A stretch of 62,914 nucleotides of DNA, filler included, from Parasitella parasitica NRRL 2501 (lineage: Eukaryota > Fungi > Mucoromycota), in the NCBI GenBank assembly GCA_025201805.1. It is 8 parts of 8 records of this genome, joined end to end, with 100 filler letters (N's around TTAATTAATTAA, not from the genome) between each part and the next. Parts side by side here need not be neighbours in the genome. Positions count along the whole stretch, not along the records: positions 28,690 to 58,723 come from MU619332.1; 7 more parts are not named here. The stretch is one strand, 5' to 3'. Of this stretch, positions 39,497 to 51,675 are shown piece by piece. The notes under the pieces are model-generated. The model saw only the letters and a program-made list of their open reading frames with translations, did no database searches and was not told the origin of the DNA. Made by a program: the position numbers and the translations under genes. How positions within the stretch are numbered: position 1 is the stretch's first letter; each line of letters begins with the position of its first letter.

Positions 39497-39987
39497 TCCG
39501 CTGACGGAAGCGCCGATTTTTCACGTTTGAGAAATACACCTCATTTTCAACAAATCCGTCAGTTAGTGCAGACAAATCCTGCTTTACTTCAACCTTTACT
39601 TCAACAATTGGGGCAGTCAAACCCTGAACTTCTTAGATCTATCGAAGCTAATCCCAATGAGTTTTTGCGAACTTTATTGGAAGGCTCTGATGATGAGGAG
39701 GGTGGCGCATCGTCCATGATTCAAGTGACACAAGAGCAAAAGGAAGCTATTGATAGAGTAAGTTTCCTTCTATGATTGCTTTTGACCATTGAATCACGAT
39801 GAGGTTAATCCCATGTATAGTTGATGGCTTTAGGATTCGAAAGATCTCGGGTTATTGAAGCTTATTTTGCCTGTGATAAAAATGAAGGTAAATGCTCGAA
39901 TAACTGATCGAGAAAGTATTAATGTTTTCTATAGAATTGGCAGCAAATTATTTGCTTGAACGGCAATCTGAAGACGGCGAAGAATAA
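38319..39987 (+). CDS. RAD23: UV excision repair protein Rad23 (UBL-UBA-STI1-UBA), multi-exon
   Basis: ITIKTLSQKQFKL, QQKLIFSG, ALRASFNNPDRAVEYL, QTNPALLQPLLQQL, EAYFACDKNEELAANYL. Confidence 0.95.
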
Positions 39988-41998
39988 ACGAGTTTCTTCT
40001 TGGAATGTGTTGTTTCAAAACTATTTTCTTCAAATAAAAGTGATATAATATGATGACTCGCGCAATTGTATGTACCAATCTCATGAGCAATCATTATATT
40101 GAAAAATAGAAAAAACCCATCCTTATATTGACGCTATTGGGAGATAATTACTAAAACACCTAAAGATTTTTATAAGCAAAATAAACTCCAAGTTTTGTTT
40201 GCATCATGCTACCACTTGTACTATTATTATTTAACTCATTAAGATATTTGAGGTCATCGGTTTCCTGTTTATAAAAATATGATAAGCCTGCGAAAATGTT
40301 TGCCAACGAAAAATAAGTCAACGTACGAAAGGAGCAACACGTACTACTATGATACTGTATTCCAACCAGCAATTGTCTAAAATCTCCTCCGCTTGAAGAT
40401 TGAATTAATCGCCTTGACCGAGAACAATGGCCAAGTTGAAAGTGCAGAAATAGTTACACCTTTTCTCGAGGGCATCGTAAACCAATCTGTTCTGATCGAT
40501 GCAGCTACCAAATTCATTGATACTAAGATAGTAAACCAATTCGCATAAACTTAAATTCTGCCTCAGTGTCATTTCTCATGCTCTCTGCACTTCTTTCTAT
40601 TTATCAAAACCGTTGCTTGTCTTTTTATCTTTGGAAACTTGACAAATGTATGCTGTATCTCGCTACTTTTGCTATGCTTTACTCGCCGTTAATTGGTAGC
40701 TGTTAATCACATACGCATTTATTTGCGATAAATATCAGGTACAACTTTCTTTTTTTTCTGATAAAGCAGAATGTATTGGGCATCCTAAACAAAAATTTAG
40801 CTATACATAGGTATTGGGTAACGCCTCACATTTTATTATGTTTTGGATCAATACAGCTAGAAAAACTCTACCTGGCTGTTCAGTATGTGGTGGAGTTTAA
40901 CTTGTTATTGGTTGGTATTTGTGATGTGCTCACTCCATTGTAAACATTGAAAGGTGAAATAACGTCTTCATTATTAAAAGGGAGCGTTTGCACTAAACAG
41001 TTATTGATTCAGTCGACCGACATATCGAGGAGTGGTTTTTAGCGGTTTATACATTTTAAGTTATTGTAGATTATGGCAATACTTAAACAGAAAACAGACA
41101 ATAAAAAATCAAATTCAGAGACGGGCGTAGTAACATGATGGTGAAATCAGATTTACCTTAAAAGGTACAAGCTTGGTTCGAGAAAGCACACGAATGTAGT
41201 TTTGATTATGCGAAATAAATTATGAGCACTGTATCCAAATGCACTTTGAATGCGTCGGAGATCTAGTGTCAGAAAACATGCATTGATTCAGGTCCAATTC
41301 TAATTTATTCTGTTGAGAAGAATCCAAAGCAACTTCAAATAGATATTCATATCAAATCACTCGATAACTCGAAAATTCGGATATTTCTGTGATCAGGACC
41401 TTCAATAGTAAATATAGTCAAGCAATAAGAAAATCTGGGGTAAACGGACTTTTTTGTATTTAGTGGAGAGAATCAGATCAAAAACCTTCAACTATGAATA
41501 AATCGCTTTGTCCTCTAAACAGTCAAGACATTATCTAAAATTCATGCACTACAATCGATTTAGACATAGTCTCTCGAGGAAAGAGGTCCCAATTATTTGA
41601 GATATAATTGATCTCATACACGCTTCAAATGTACATGTCTAAGGAAGGGGGTACATGACTGCAAGGATCTTGACGATTTTCACCGTGGCTAGCAGACATG
41701 CAAAATCCTGAAAAATTGTGTATCCCCGCTTTTTTTTTGCCATCTTCTTGTTTATGATTTTGATTGAACCTTTTTATCTTTGTCTTGGGGATAAATCAAG
41801 ATGAATACATTTTGTTGGGGTGAAAAAAAAAATAAAATGGGTTGATTTCGAGTCACAAAAAAAGTTTTTCATAGTAAAATACACCTTCCCTACAAGCCCA
41901 TTTGAAGTTAAAATCTTCAATTCGCAAGTGAAAAACTAGGACGCAAAAAAAAGTTTCTGCTAGAAATTTTCTTCTTTGTTTCTTTCTTCTTTTATTTA

Positions 41999-43500
41999 AT
42001 GGATCAGCAAGCAGGTAATGCGAACATAAAGGCATCATTCGAAGCATTTCTAATCCACATGATTTAGTTGATATTAAAAACAAGAAAGCTACTGCACCCA
42101 CACCTCAAAACACTCCCATCAACACAGCTCCTATCAACTCTCATTTTAACCCATCCATTCCAGCCATCACTGAAGAAATGGAAACTATTACCACTCCTGG
42201 TAAATCACAAAAGAGTGTGCTGTATAATGTATCATAGCTTAAGTCTTATTTCTTCATCAGGCGCTGCTTCAGGCAACCCTGCTCTTATGAGCATGCTTCA
42301 AGGTAAGTTGGGTAATCTCATTGGGGAGCCCCTTCCTGCTGCTGTCCAACGCCGTATAAACGGCCTCAAATATCTCCAATCCAAGCATACTGAACTTGAA
42401 GGCAAGTTCCAAGAAGAAGTTTTGGCTTTGGAAAAGAAATATTTCGAATTGTATCGTCCTTATTATGACAAGCGTGCTGAGGTTATTGCTGGCAAGTATG
42501 AACCCACTGAAGAAGAAGTTGCTATCGGGGCAAAGGTGGATGAGGATAGCGATAACGACCAAGAGTCTACAGTTGAAAAAATTGAGGAAGATAAGGAAGA
42601 TGAAGAAAATGTTACCGGTATTCCTGAGTTCTGGTTGACCGCCTTAAAAACTCATCCTCAAATCGCTGAGACTATCTCTGAAGAAGACTGTGCTGTTCTC
42701 AAGCATTTGGTTGATATCCGTATGACTTACCTCGAAAAGCCTGGCTTCTGTATTGAATTTGAATTCTCTGAGAATGACTACTTTACCGATAAAATTCTAA
42801 CCAAGACGTACCACTATCAAGACAATGTCAGCGGCGGTGATTATGTTTATGATTTTGCCGAAGGCTGTAAGATCAACTGGAAAGAAGGTAAGGACTTGAC
42901 TGTCACTGTCGAAACAAAAAAACAACGCCACAAGGGCACCAACAAAACTCGTGTCGTAAAACGCACTGTTCCTGCTGAAACTTTCTTCAACTTCTTTAAC
43001 CCTCCCACTATCCCGGACGAAGAGACTGATCTTGACGAAGAGGAAGCTGAAGGTTTGGATGCCAAACTGGAAGCTGATTACGAAATGGGTAATACTTATG
43101 TTTTCCATCATGCATCATCTAACACTTTGCTAATATTCTCGATAATTATTCTTTAGGCGAGGAATTCAAGGAGAAGATTATTCCTCACGCTGTTGATTTC
43201 TTTACTGGGAAAGCTCTTGATTACGAGGATTATGATGATGAAGATGATTTTGAGGTAAAATAAATAAGCATGCGATAATACCATGCACTGAAGTAACTCA
43301 TCTTTTTTTTTTCTCGATAGGATGATTTTCCTTCTGATGACGATGACGAAGAAGATGAAGATGAAGATGATGACGAGGATGATGATGAAGATGCCGTAAC
43401 TATCTTGAATTCTTGTTGTGATGAATTTGATTGCTAAATGTTTTATTTTATATAGCAACCTGCCAAGGGTGAAAACGCTCCAGAGTGTAAACAATCTTAA
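41999..43500 (+). CDS. NAP1: Nucleosome assembly protein 1, multi-exon
   Basis: GIPEFWLTAL, KKQRHKGTNKTR, ETFFNFF, acidic tail, C-terminal ECKQS*. Confidence 0.95.
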
Positions 43501-44360
43501 ATTGAACATATCTTATTTTACTTATATAAATCGTTTTTATTCTATTCTTCTATGTTTTTTTTCTTCTTCACTCTTTCTTTTTTATATGAAATAAACTTAT
43601 AAATATACAAACATACATTATGACAGCTCATAAAATAGAGTTTACTCAAATTAAGAATTCATAAAAGTGAACGAAAGCATAAAATTATTGATACTACTTC
43701 TAGTGCTTAGAAATAATACTATGCTGCAAAACTCAACAGGAACTGGTGGACATCGCTGTGCTCAAATCCGAGCGCTCAGATGTTCAGACCAAGAAATCGC
43801 AACATTACATGGCGATATCCCTGGATACTTATGTCGTTAACTGATCTAACCAACAAACGGCATGAAAACGATACCGTAGTTACCATAACCGTTCCTGAAC
43901 GGATCGAAGGTTAAACGGCATCGATTATTCAATCTAGTAAATAGAAATATTCAATAGAATGTCTTGTATAAGAAACCAACATTTGGGTTCCACTTATTCT
44001 AAATTGCGAAGCTCAACTTATCGATGAATGATTCAGATTCATAATGATTAGCTAATTAAATATAGAAATAGGCCTTGCTCTGATTACTTCAGTGTTGACA
44101 ATTAAATATCAAACATGATCTGATTGTATTTTATAGACTGAATCAGATAGATTTATTCGAATATAAATAGACAGCTTCTTGTCAATCAATAAATCAATAG
44201 TTTTGTATCTGGTAAATTAAGTCTTTATAACTTTCTTATATTCTTTATGTCACATACAATCACCTGCTGTGGTCATTTTCAAGACCTGGCACAAAAGTAT
44301 TATGAATAAAATTGTAATTCTTTGGCAGATATATTTTATCAGACATTTGACATAACACTT

Positions 44361-44854
44361 TTTTAAATTGTATATCGAGAAAATGAATTAAGATCTAGGC
44401 TAATTGGTGTTAAATGTTAAAAAATAACAATAGTAACTAAAAGTAAAAAAAAGGAAAATTCAATTGTGTTTATTAAAAATGAAAATGATCGTTTTTATAC
44501 TATTTCATAATGTCTATCATCCACATGTCTACTTTCTAAAATTCAAACTATCAAATACTGCCAAACCAAACTGTCAAATCTCCATTTCAAAATATAAAAA
44601 TAATTGCCTCAGATCAAAATGTAACCATGGATTCCAACATTTAGCCATCGGCAGTAATTATAATCCAAAATAAGAGACTGAATTCAGATCGATCTTCACC
44701 TCTCAGAATACATTAAGGCTCCAGAATAAACATGCTTCGACAACACCATTTTAAGTAGGTACTACATGATTAATACTCTTAAACATCACGTGAAATAATT
44801 GCCTCTTTGAGAGTTAGTATAGCGTTTGCAATTTAAAAAGATACGCATATATCA
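44361..44854 (-). mobile_element. Diverged, 3'-truncated LTR of the 45675 Gypsy family
   Basis: Reverse complement aligns with 45675-46170 with many substitutions; starts TGATATATGCGTAT. Confidence 0.85.
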
Positions 44855-44860
44855 ATAAAT

Positions 44861-45222
44861 TGATACTCTGCGGTGCGGGTTTTGTGAAATTTGTAGCGAT
44901 GTGTTGGAAAGATCTTGCAGTAAACATGCCAAAGCCGAGACTAATTAGACTGTTTTGCTGTTGTTTAAGTGTATATTATGTCGAATAACTAAGATGGGAT
45001 GGTAGCTCAGCGATATAGAATAGCAAGTAATTATATATAACAGAATTTAAACATCAGAAAGTTCAATTTACTTCAAATGTAAAGCATAATTCAATATACA
45101 TATCTAATGCGAGACGTTCCCAGCATTTAAAATCAGACTCAGGAGCATAGCTTCCATTGGCTCAAACTTTGATCACGTGCGGATAACTAACTGCACAAGA
45201 ATAATACTTTACACTTATTCCA
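44861..45222 (-). mobile_element. Candidate 362-bp solo LTR inserted between the older LTR and tRNA-Leu
   Basis: TG...CA ends, AAAT on both sides, motifs shared with 3533-4018. Confidence 0.6.
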
Positions 45223-45230
45223 AAATATAT

Positions 45231-45313
45231 GGAAAGATGGCCGAGTTGGTCTAAGGCGTCACGTTAAGGTCGTGATCTCTTCGGAGGCGTGGGTTCAAAT
45301 CCCACTCTTTTCA
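45231..45313 (+). tRNA. tRNA-Leu(AAG)
   Basis: 83 nt, acceptor GGAAAGA/TCTTTTC, anticodon arm TCACG-TTAAGGT-CGTGA, long variable arm, GTGGG-TTCAAAT-CCCAC. Confidence 0.96.
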
Positions 45314-45378
45314 CTTTTGTTTTCACTTGGCTGCCTATGCAGAGGCGGTGTTAATTATATATTTTGCGTTATATTTTG

Positions 45379-45555
45379 TGTCGTACATTTGTCCGGTACA
45401 CACAGACTTTGTGTGTAACACTTTTAGTTATTATAAATATCAATTGAATACAAAAGAATAAAGATCTATCTTTCATCTCTTACTCATATTTTATATACGC
45501 TTAATAAAGCAGCACAAAACTAACACATCTCTGCACACGACATCTTCACACGACA
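45379..45555 (+). mobile_element. Short solo LTR composite (11 bp of the family A start plus family B 45390-45542)
   Basis: TGTCGTACATT then TGTCCGGTACACACAG...CACACGACA; matches 3301-3398 and 4888-4930. Confidence 0.7.
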
Positions 45556-45581
45556 CATAGGCAGCCAAGTGAAAACAAAAG

Positions 45582-45664
45582 TGAAAAGAGTGGGATTTGA
45601 ACCCACGCCTCCGAAGAGATCACGACCTTAACGTGACGCCTTAGACCAACTCGGCCATCTTTCC
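45582..45664 (-). tRNA. tRNA-Leu(AAG)
   Basis: Identical inverted copy of 45231-45313. Confidence 0.93.
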
Positions 45665-46289
45665 ATTTATTTTTTGATACATGCGTATTTTTTTGTGCTG
45701 TCAACTTACGATATACTATTTCTCAAAAAGGCAACTCATTTTCACGTGATGTTTATGAAGAGTCAAGTAATACGTATTTTTTAAATGGTGTTTGAATGCA
45801 TGTTTATTCTGGAGTCTCAAGTGTTCTGAGGTGAAGGTCAATCTAAATTTAGCCTCTTATTTTGGATTATGTAATTGTTGCCGATGGCTAAATGTTGAAG
45901 TTCATGGTTACATTTTGATCTGGGGCATTTATTTTTACTTTGAAATGGAGATTTGACAGTTCGATTTGACAGTTTATGATGGTTTGAAATTTTAGAAAGT
46001 AGACATATAGATGTAGATAGACATTATGAAATCGTATAAAAATGATCATTTTATTTTTAATAAACCATATCGAATTTTTCTTTCTTTTACACTTTAGTTA
46101 CTATTGTTATTTTTTCACATTTAACACAAACTACCCTAGATCTTAATTCATTTTCTCCATATACAATTTAAATAGCTCTTACAGTCTCCCTATTTACAAA
46201 CAAATTTATATCACTTTGACTTACCTGCTCACTTACGAAGGTAATCATAAAAGAGAACTTGACATTTATCAGTTGGTCCGGTTTACAAG

Positions 46290-47276
46290 ATGAATACTAA
46301 CTATTCTGTGTCTACGAAGATAATTACAATGGCTCTCGAACGTAAATATGGTTCTGGTTCTTCTGGCGCAAGGTTCATGAGGGAACCTAAGGTCTTCGAT
46401 GGAAAAGACGAAGAAAAGGCCTCGGTTTGGCTGGCACGCATGAACAGGCTCAAGAAAAGTGCCAAGATTACTGACGAGGAAATGTTGATAATCGTGGAGG
46501 AGAACCTGGTCATGAAGGCTGAATCGTGGTGGAACGTTGTTGGTGCCAAGGCAGAGAATTGGGCTCAATTCGAAGATGCCTTTAAGAAGCAATACTTGGT
46601 GGATCTGGACGATAAATGGTGGGCTGCGGTCTATGCATTGAAACAAGGCGAAGAATTTCGTACTGTTACCGATGTTGCGATTAGGTTGGAAGAACTGTTC
46701 AACTTACTGGGTAACAAGGATCAAGGCTTGCTGGTACGCACCTTCTTGAATGCTATTAAATCAAGCATTGCATACGAGGTTGAGAAAGAGAACCGCCCCA
46801 CAACCTTTGCAATTGCCAAGGAAAGAGCATGCCAAATCGAGAAGTCCCAGGTTAAGTACGGGATCTCGAAAGGTCAGGGTGATGTGCCTGGGCCTGATGC
46901 CAAGGTGATGAGTTCCAATGGTCAAGAAAGGGATTTCGCCGATAACAAGTCCGAGTCCACGGCGATCTCGAGTGTGATGTCCTTGGTTGATAAGCTGGAA
47001 AAGTTATCTATCAACTTGGTAGCTCTTCAGGATGCAGCAATCTCGAACAAGGGTGGTCTCGTTGCTGGAGGCAATAACTATGGTGGTGGATTCAGACGCA
47101 ATGGTCAAACAGGCATTGTGTGTTTTAGATGCGGGGAACCTAGCCATAAAAAGTATGAGTGTTCGGCTGAATTTAGCGACAAGCTGGATAAACCTACCTC
47201 CCCTCCGCTAGCCACGGGTCCGAATGCTATTCCTTTAGGTAACCAGGCGGGAAAAGACAAGGAGTGGTCCCAATAG
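46290..47276 (+). CDS. Gag (element 1)
   Basis: PKVFDGK capsid motif, AESWW, LKQG, zinc knuckle CFRCGEPSHKKYEC. Confidence 0.9.
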   Translation: MNTNYSVSTKIITMALERKYGSGSSGARFMREPKVFDGKDEEKASVWLARMNRLKKSAKITDEEMLIIVEENLVMKAESWWNVVGAKAENWAQFEDAFKKQYLVDLDDKWWAAVYALKQGEEFRTVTDVAIRLEELFNLLGNKDQGLLVRTFLNAIKSSIAYEVEKENRPTTFAIAKERACQIEKSQVKYGISKGQGDVPGPDAKVMSSNGQERDFADNKSESTAISSVMSLVDKLEKLSINLVALQDAAISNKGGLVAGGNNYGGGFRRNGQTGIVCFRCGEPSHKKYECSAEFSDKLDKPTSPPLATGPNAIPLGNQAGKDKEWSQ

Positions 47277-49886
47277 GGGATGGTTCCACTCCAATTGTTA
47301 ATTCCCCCAAAATCCCCATATCCACTCCGGTTAATATGATCGACACCGTTGCCGAGGTGGATGAATTGAATGAGGTGTTGGCTGTGAAACGTGGGCATGC
47401 ATCGAATGAAATTCCAATTGCTGTTCCAGATCAGCAAGTCCAGGTGAATAAAAGAGCCAGGCAACAAGGGCCGCCACCTGTGGAAATCCAGCCCATTGTC
47501 GATGCTGCAATGAAGGAACCAATTAAGAGACGTGCTAGGCCACAGCAAAGGGTTTTGTCGGTGCCAACTCGATCGCTAAATATATGGGAAAGGCTGGCTA
47601 ATCTGGATGCAGGGTTGTCTGTACTAGATTGGGTTGCGATTGACAAGGATGCAGCCAAGGATCTGGTTGATGGCTTGCGAGACTTGAGAAAGCAGAGGCC
47701 TAAAAGAACAAGACGGCATCTTGAAAAATTTGAAGGGATCGAAGTTCCAAACAGGGTCAATGCGGTGGGGCATCTGATGGACGGTGATGATGGTGATTCT
47801 CTTTCTCTTTCATCGTGCTATGACTCCAATGGCGACTCCTTGGATAGTGTTAGCTCATCTGACGAAGACTTGGATTTGGACGACATCAAGTCGGTGTATA
47901 GGTATCCTTATGACCTGTCAAAAATGAAATGGAGTTCTCCTTTGAAGGCTGAAGTTTCAATTAACGGCAAGAAGGTCATTGCTTGTTTTGATACCGGGGG
48001 TTCTATCAGTGTAATTAGTAAAAGGCTGTGTGAGGAACTTGCTTTGGTTACAAATGGGGATACTCTCCAATTAGTGGGCTTTGATAACAATACGGCGGGT
48101 GCTCGAGCCGATATCGTGATGGACGTACCCATCTCAATTCAAGGTCATGTACGTCCTGACCATATGTGTGTGCAAGCTGACGCGACCGATAATCTATTAA
48201 TTCTTGGGGTACCATGGTTCCAAGCCTATGGTGTTGAGTTAGACATTGCCAAATCTGTTATTAAGGTACCTACGACTTCTGGCGTGATTAAGTTGCAAGG
48301 ATATACCTCACACGTACCGGGCCTAGTCAACAAGGAAATCTATAAGATCGAACTGGCTAAGAAATACAGTAATTCTTTGGAGGAGGATTTGATACCGGAT
48401 ACAGGCAATGAAGGCATGGTTTTTACCGAAGACAACATTACAGAAGGCGTCCCTAATTTCTTGAAGCAAGTTGTACAGGACTTCAAGCATACCTTTTCTG
48501 AAGTGTCTGGTCTAACTAAAATCAAAGGGTACAAAATGAGAATTCAGCTTGTTGAAGGCGCTGAGCCGATCAGATCGAAATGCTTTCGACTTACTTGGGA
48601 AGATGAAGACGCTCTCAACCAGTACATTAACGAAATGCTGGAGCTGGATTTGATCGAAGAGGCCGACGGTACTTGGAGTTCTGCTGCGTTTTTGGTGGGT
48701 AAAAAGGATGGTGCAAAAAGATGTGTGATTGATTATAGGCGGCTCAATAAATTGATTGTACAATCGTACTTTCCTACACCAACAGTAGCTGAATTGACTG
48801 AACTGACCGCCGGTATGAACTACTTTTCGTGTTTTGACGCTTCCTCAGGTTACCATCAGCTGGAAATTGACCCGCAAGATAAGCTTTCCAGGGACGTAAC
48901 AGGTTTCATTACCAAGAGAGGCATTTTTCGCTATAAAGTTTTGCCAATGGGGGTGTCTGTGGGTGGATCAGAATTTCAAAAATGTATGAATGATATATTC
49001 AAGGATCTCGTTGGTGTTTGTTTGGCCATTTTTTATGACGACGTGTTATGCTACTCGAAAACCGAGGAAGAACACAAGATCCACTTGAGATTGCTATTTG
49101 AGGCGGCAGAGAAAGCAAACCTGAAGTTCAAGCGCAAGAAATGTCATTTTGGTCAAGACTGTGTTGAGTATCTAGGCCATGTTATTGGTAGTCAAGGAGC
49201 TAGACCTGGGGATAGGAATATCGAGAAGATAAAAAACTTCCCAGCGTGTCAGGACGTTTCGCAATTGAAGAGCTTCTTGGGTCTGACTGGCTTTTTTCGT
49301 AAATTCACACCTAATTATGCGGTAGTGGCGGCTGATCTGGTTAAATTGACAAGAAAAAGTGCAAGATTTGTTTGGGGTAAGGAGCAGCAAGAAGCCTTTG
49401 ATAAACTTAAGGAAATTCAATGCTCAAAACCGGGGCTGGCTTTTCCGGATCGCGAGAAATTTCAAATTTTGACGGTAGATGGGAGTTCATCTGGTCTTGG
49501 GTGTGTATTGACCCAGGTGGATAAAGAAGATGTGACAACAAGAAAGCGTGAACAAGTAATTGGATACGGCTCTAGAAGCTTAAGGGGATCTGAGCGCAAT
49601 TGGCACATTCACGAGATTGAAGCCTTTGCCGTGGTTTGGGCCATTCAATTTTACAAGCATTACTTGCGAGGACGAAAATTTCTGTTAGTGACGGATCATT
49701 CGAGTCTTGTATATTTATTCAAGCCCACAAAGCAATCTCCCAAATTAACAAGATGGTGCGCTAGTGTAATGGAATACGACTTTGACATCATGTATAAACC
49801 GGGTCCCGAGAACATTGCTGATCCACTGTCAAGATGCATTCCCTTTGAAGAATTTAAACAGGAGATGGGATTTATAAATATAGTAT
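47249..49886 (+). CDS. Pol: protease-RT-RNase H (element 1), in the -1 frame, ends at a gap
   Basis: FDTGGS protease, IDYRRLN, DASSGYHQ, LPMG, FYDD, TVDGSSSGLG, TDHSSL, ADPLSR. Confidence 0.92.
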
Positions 49887-50307
49887 NNNNNNNNNNNNNN
49901 NNNNNNNNNNNNNNNNNNNNNNNNNNNNNNNNNNNNNNNNNNNNNNNNNNNNNNNNNNNNNNNNNNNNNNNNNNNNNNNNNNNNNNNNNNNAAAGGGAGA
50001 GAGACATTAGGACATTATTATTATTATTATCAGAGAAATTTTATTATTATAAAAGAACATCAATCAATAATCAATCAAGAAAAAAAAGAAGAAATCAGAA
50101 AATAAAAGAAAAACAACCTTTCTGACGCTTACTTAAATTTGGGACAAATTTTCCACTTTACTTGGCTCTTCTCCTATACGAAAAACCATTTAATCTCGGT
50201 AAAAGGTCTTAATCTAGTCTCGGTTTGGTTGTTTCCCTTCAACTAGTTATTGTTGATTTTAATTAATTGTATTATCTTGGTCGTATCGCAATTGAATCGT
50301 TGGTATC

Positions 50308-51675
50308 ATGGCTATCTCATTTCCCTGGTATTTAAGTCTCTACTATTATCTTCTAAATGGATCATATCCCAAGGATGCTGACAATAAGGTGTGTCGTAAG
50401 GTTCGTTATCAATGTGGTAAATTGAAGTTGGCTGAGGATGGACGTTTGCTTGAAATTAAATCTGGTCGAGAGCTGTTACATGAAGGTAATGCTCTGCAGA
50501 GAGTACAAGAAGTTCATCAGGAGGGTCATCAAGGAATTTTGAATACATTGGATAAGATCTCGAAGTACTACCTTTTACACGAAGCTCGTGATATGGTCGA
50601 AGTTGTGGTGAAATCGTGCGAGACATGCCAATATAGGGCGAGAATTCGTTTTACTAGGTCCAATCCTATGAAGGTGGTGAAGACTCCTAGACATCCCATG
50701 TTCTTTGTGAGTACAGATGCTATAGGTCCTCTCCCGGTTACGTCCAAGGGTAATCGATATATTTTGACAGCTATTTGCGGTTTAACGAGGTGGCCCATGG
50801 CTCGAGCAGTTGCTGAGATTGATGAAGTTACTACTGGTGAATTCTATTTCCATGAGATTGTTAAGAATTATGGTGTGCCTAATTATTTGTTGAGTGATCG
50901 AGGTGCAAATTTTATATCCACTTACGTTCATCAATTCCTGAAACAAATTGGCTGCAAAAATATCATGGTAACAAGTTATCGGGCTGCTGCAAATGGTATG
51001 GTTGAAAAGTTGAATCATTCTCTGGTGTCTATTCTGGCAAAATTAGCAAGAGACGATAAGAAAATTGATCAGTGGGATCAATACCTGGATGCTGCGTTGA
51101 TGATACTGAGGTCTACTAAAAACGCCGGTACTGGTTATAGCCCACCAAGTTACTTGCTTTATGGTTATGAATTCCGTACTCCAGCTGTTTGGGTGTCGCC
51201 TTGTATTGATTATGTGGAAGGTGAAGAAGAAGAACTACTTGAGCGTATTGGTTTGATTAGTGACAAGCTAAAAGGTGTGAGAAAAAACGCACGCGAATAT
51301 TCAGATGCTAGAAAAGCAAGAGCGAAGATCAGATACGATGCCAATGTCCATTTTGTTCGACAATTTGAAATCGGTGAGCTCGTTCTGTTGAAGTGCCCGA
51401 ATCCTACAAGCAAGTTTGGAGATAAATGGGAAGGTCCTTTTAAAGTGGTGCAAGTGAATGCAAGTTCTGGTACATACCATTTAACGGGAAAGAACAGTTT
51501 AAGGTTGAAACATGCTGTAAATGGTGACCGTTTGAAGCCTTATAATGATGAAGTAAGGCGCATGGTTCCTGATGTGTTGGTTTCTCAAGCTACTGATCAG
51601 TTTCAAAGGTGGATTAACAAGAGAATCAATATGGTTGAATCGTTGGAAGAAAAGGTGTTCTTCGAATTAGTATAG
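50308..51675 (+). CDS. Integrase (element 1), HHCC-DDE-GPY/F, no chromodomain
   Basis: HQEGHQG..CETC, TDAIGP, SDRG, NGMVEK, WEGPFKV. Confidence 0.92.
   Translation: MAISFPWYLSLYYYLLNGSYPKDADNKVCRKVRYQCGKLKLAEDGRLLEIKSGRELLHEGNALQRVQEVHQEGHQGILNTLDKISKYYLLHEARDMVEVVVKSCETCQYRARIRFTRSNPMKVVKTPRHPMFFVSTDAIGPLPVTSKGNRYILTAICGLTRWPMARAVAEIDEVTTGEFYFHEIVKNYGVPNYLLSDRGANFISTYVHQFLKQIGCKNIMVTSYRAAANGMVEKLNHSLVSILAKLARDDKKIDQWDQYLDAALMILRSTKNAGTGYSPPSYLLYGYEFRTPAVWVSPCIDYVEGEEEELLERIGLISDKLKGVRKNAREYSDARKARAKIRYDANVHFVRQFEIGELVLLKCPNPTSKFGDKWEGPFKVVQVNASSGTYHLTGKNSLRLKHAVNGDRLKPYNDEVRRMVPDVLVSQATDQFQRWINKRINMVESLEEKVFFELV

Noticed and set aside
50301-50308. TGGTATCA resembling an iMet PBS before the integrase ATG
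   Set aside because: Not preceded by an LTR-ending CA; only 8 nt, probably chance.
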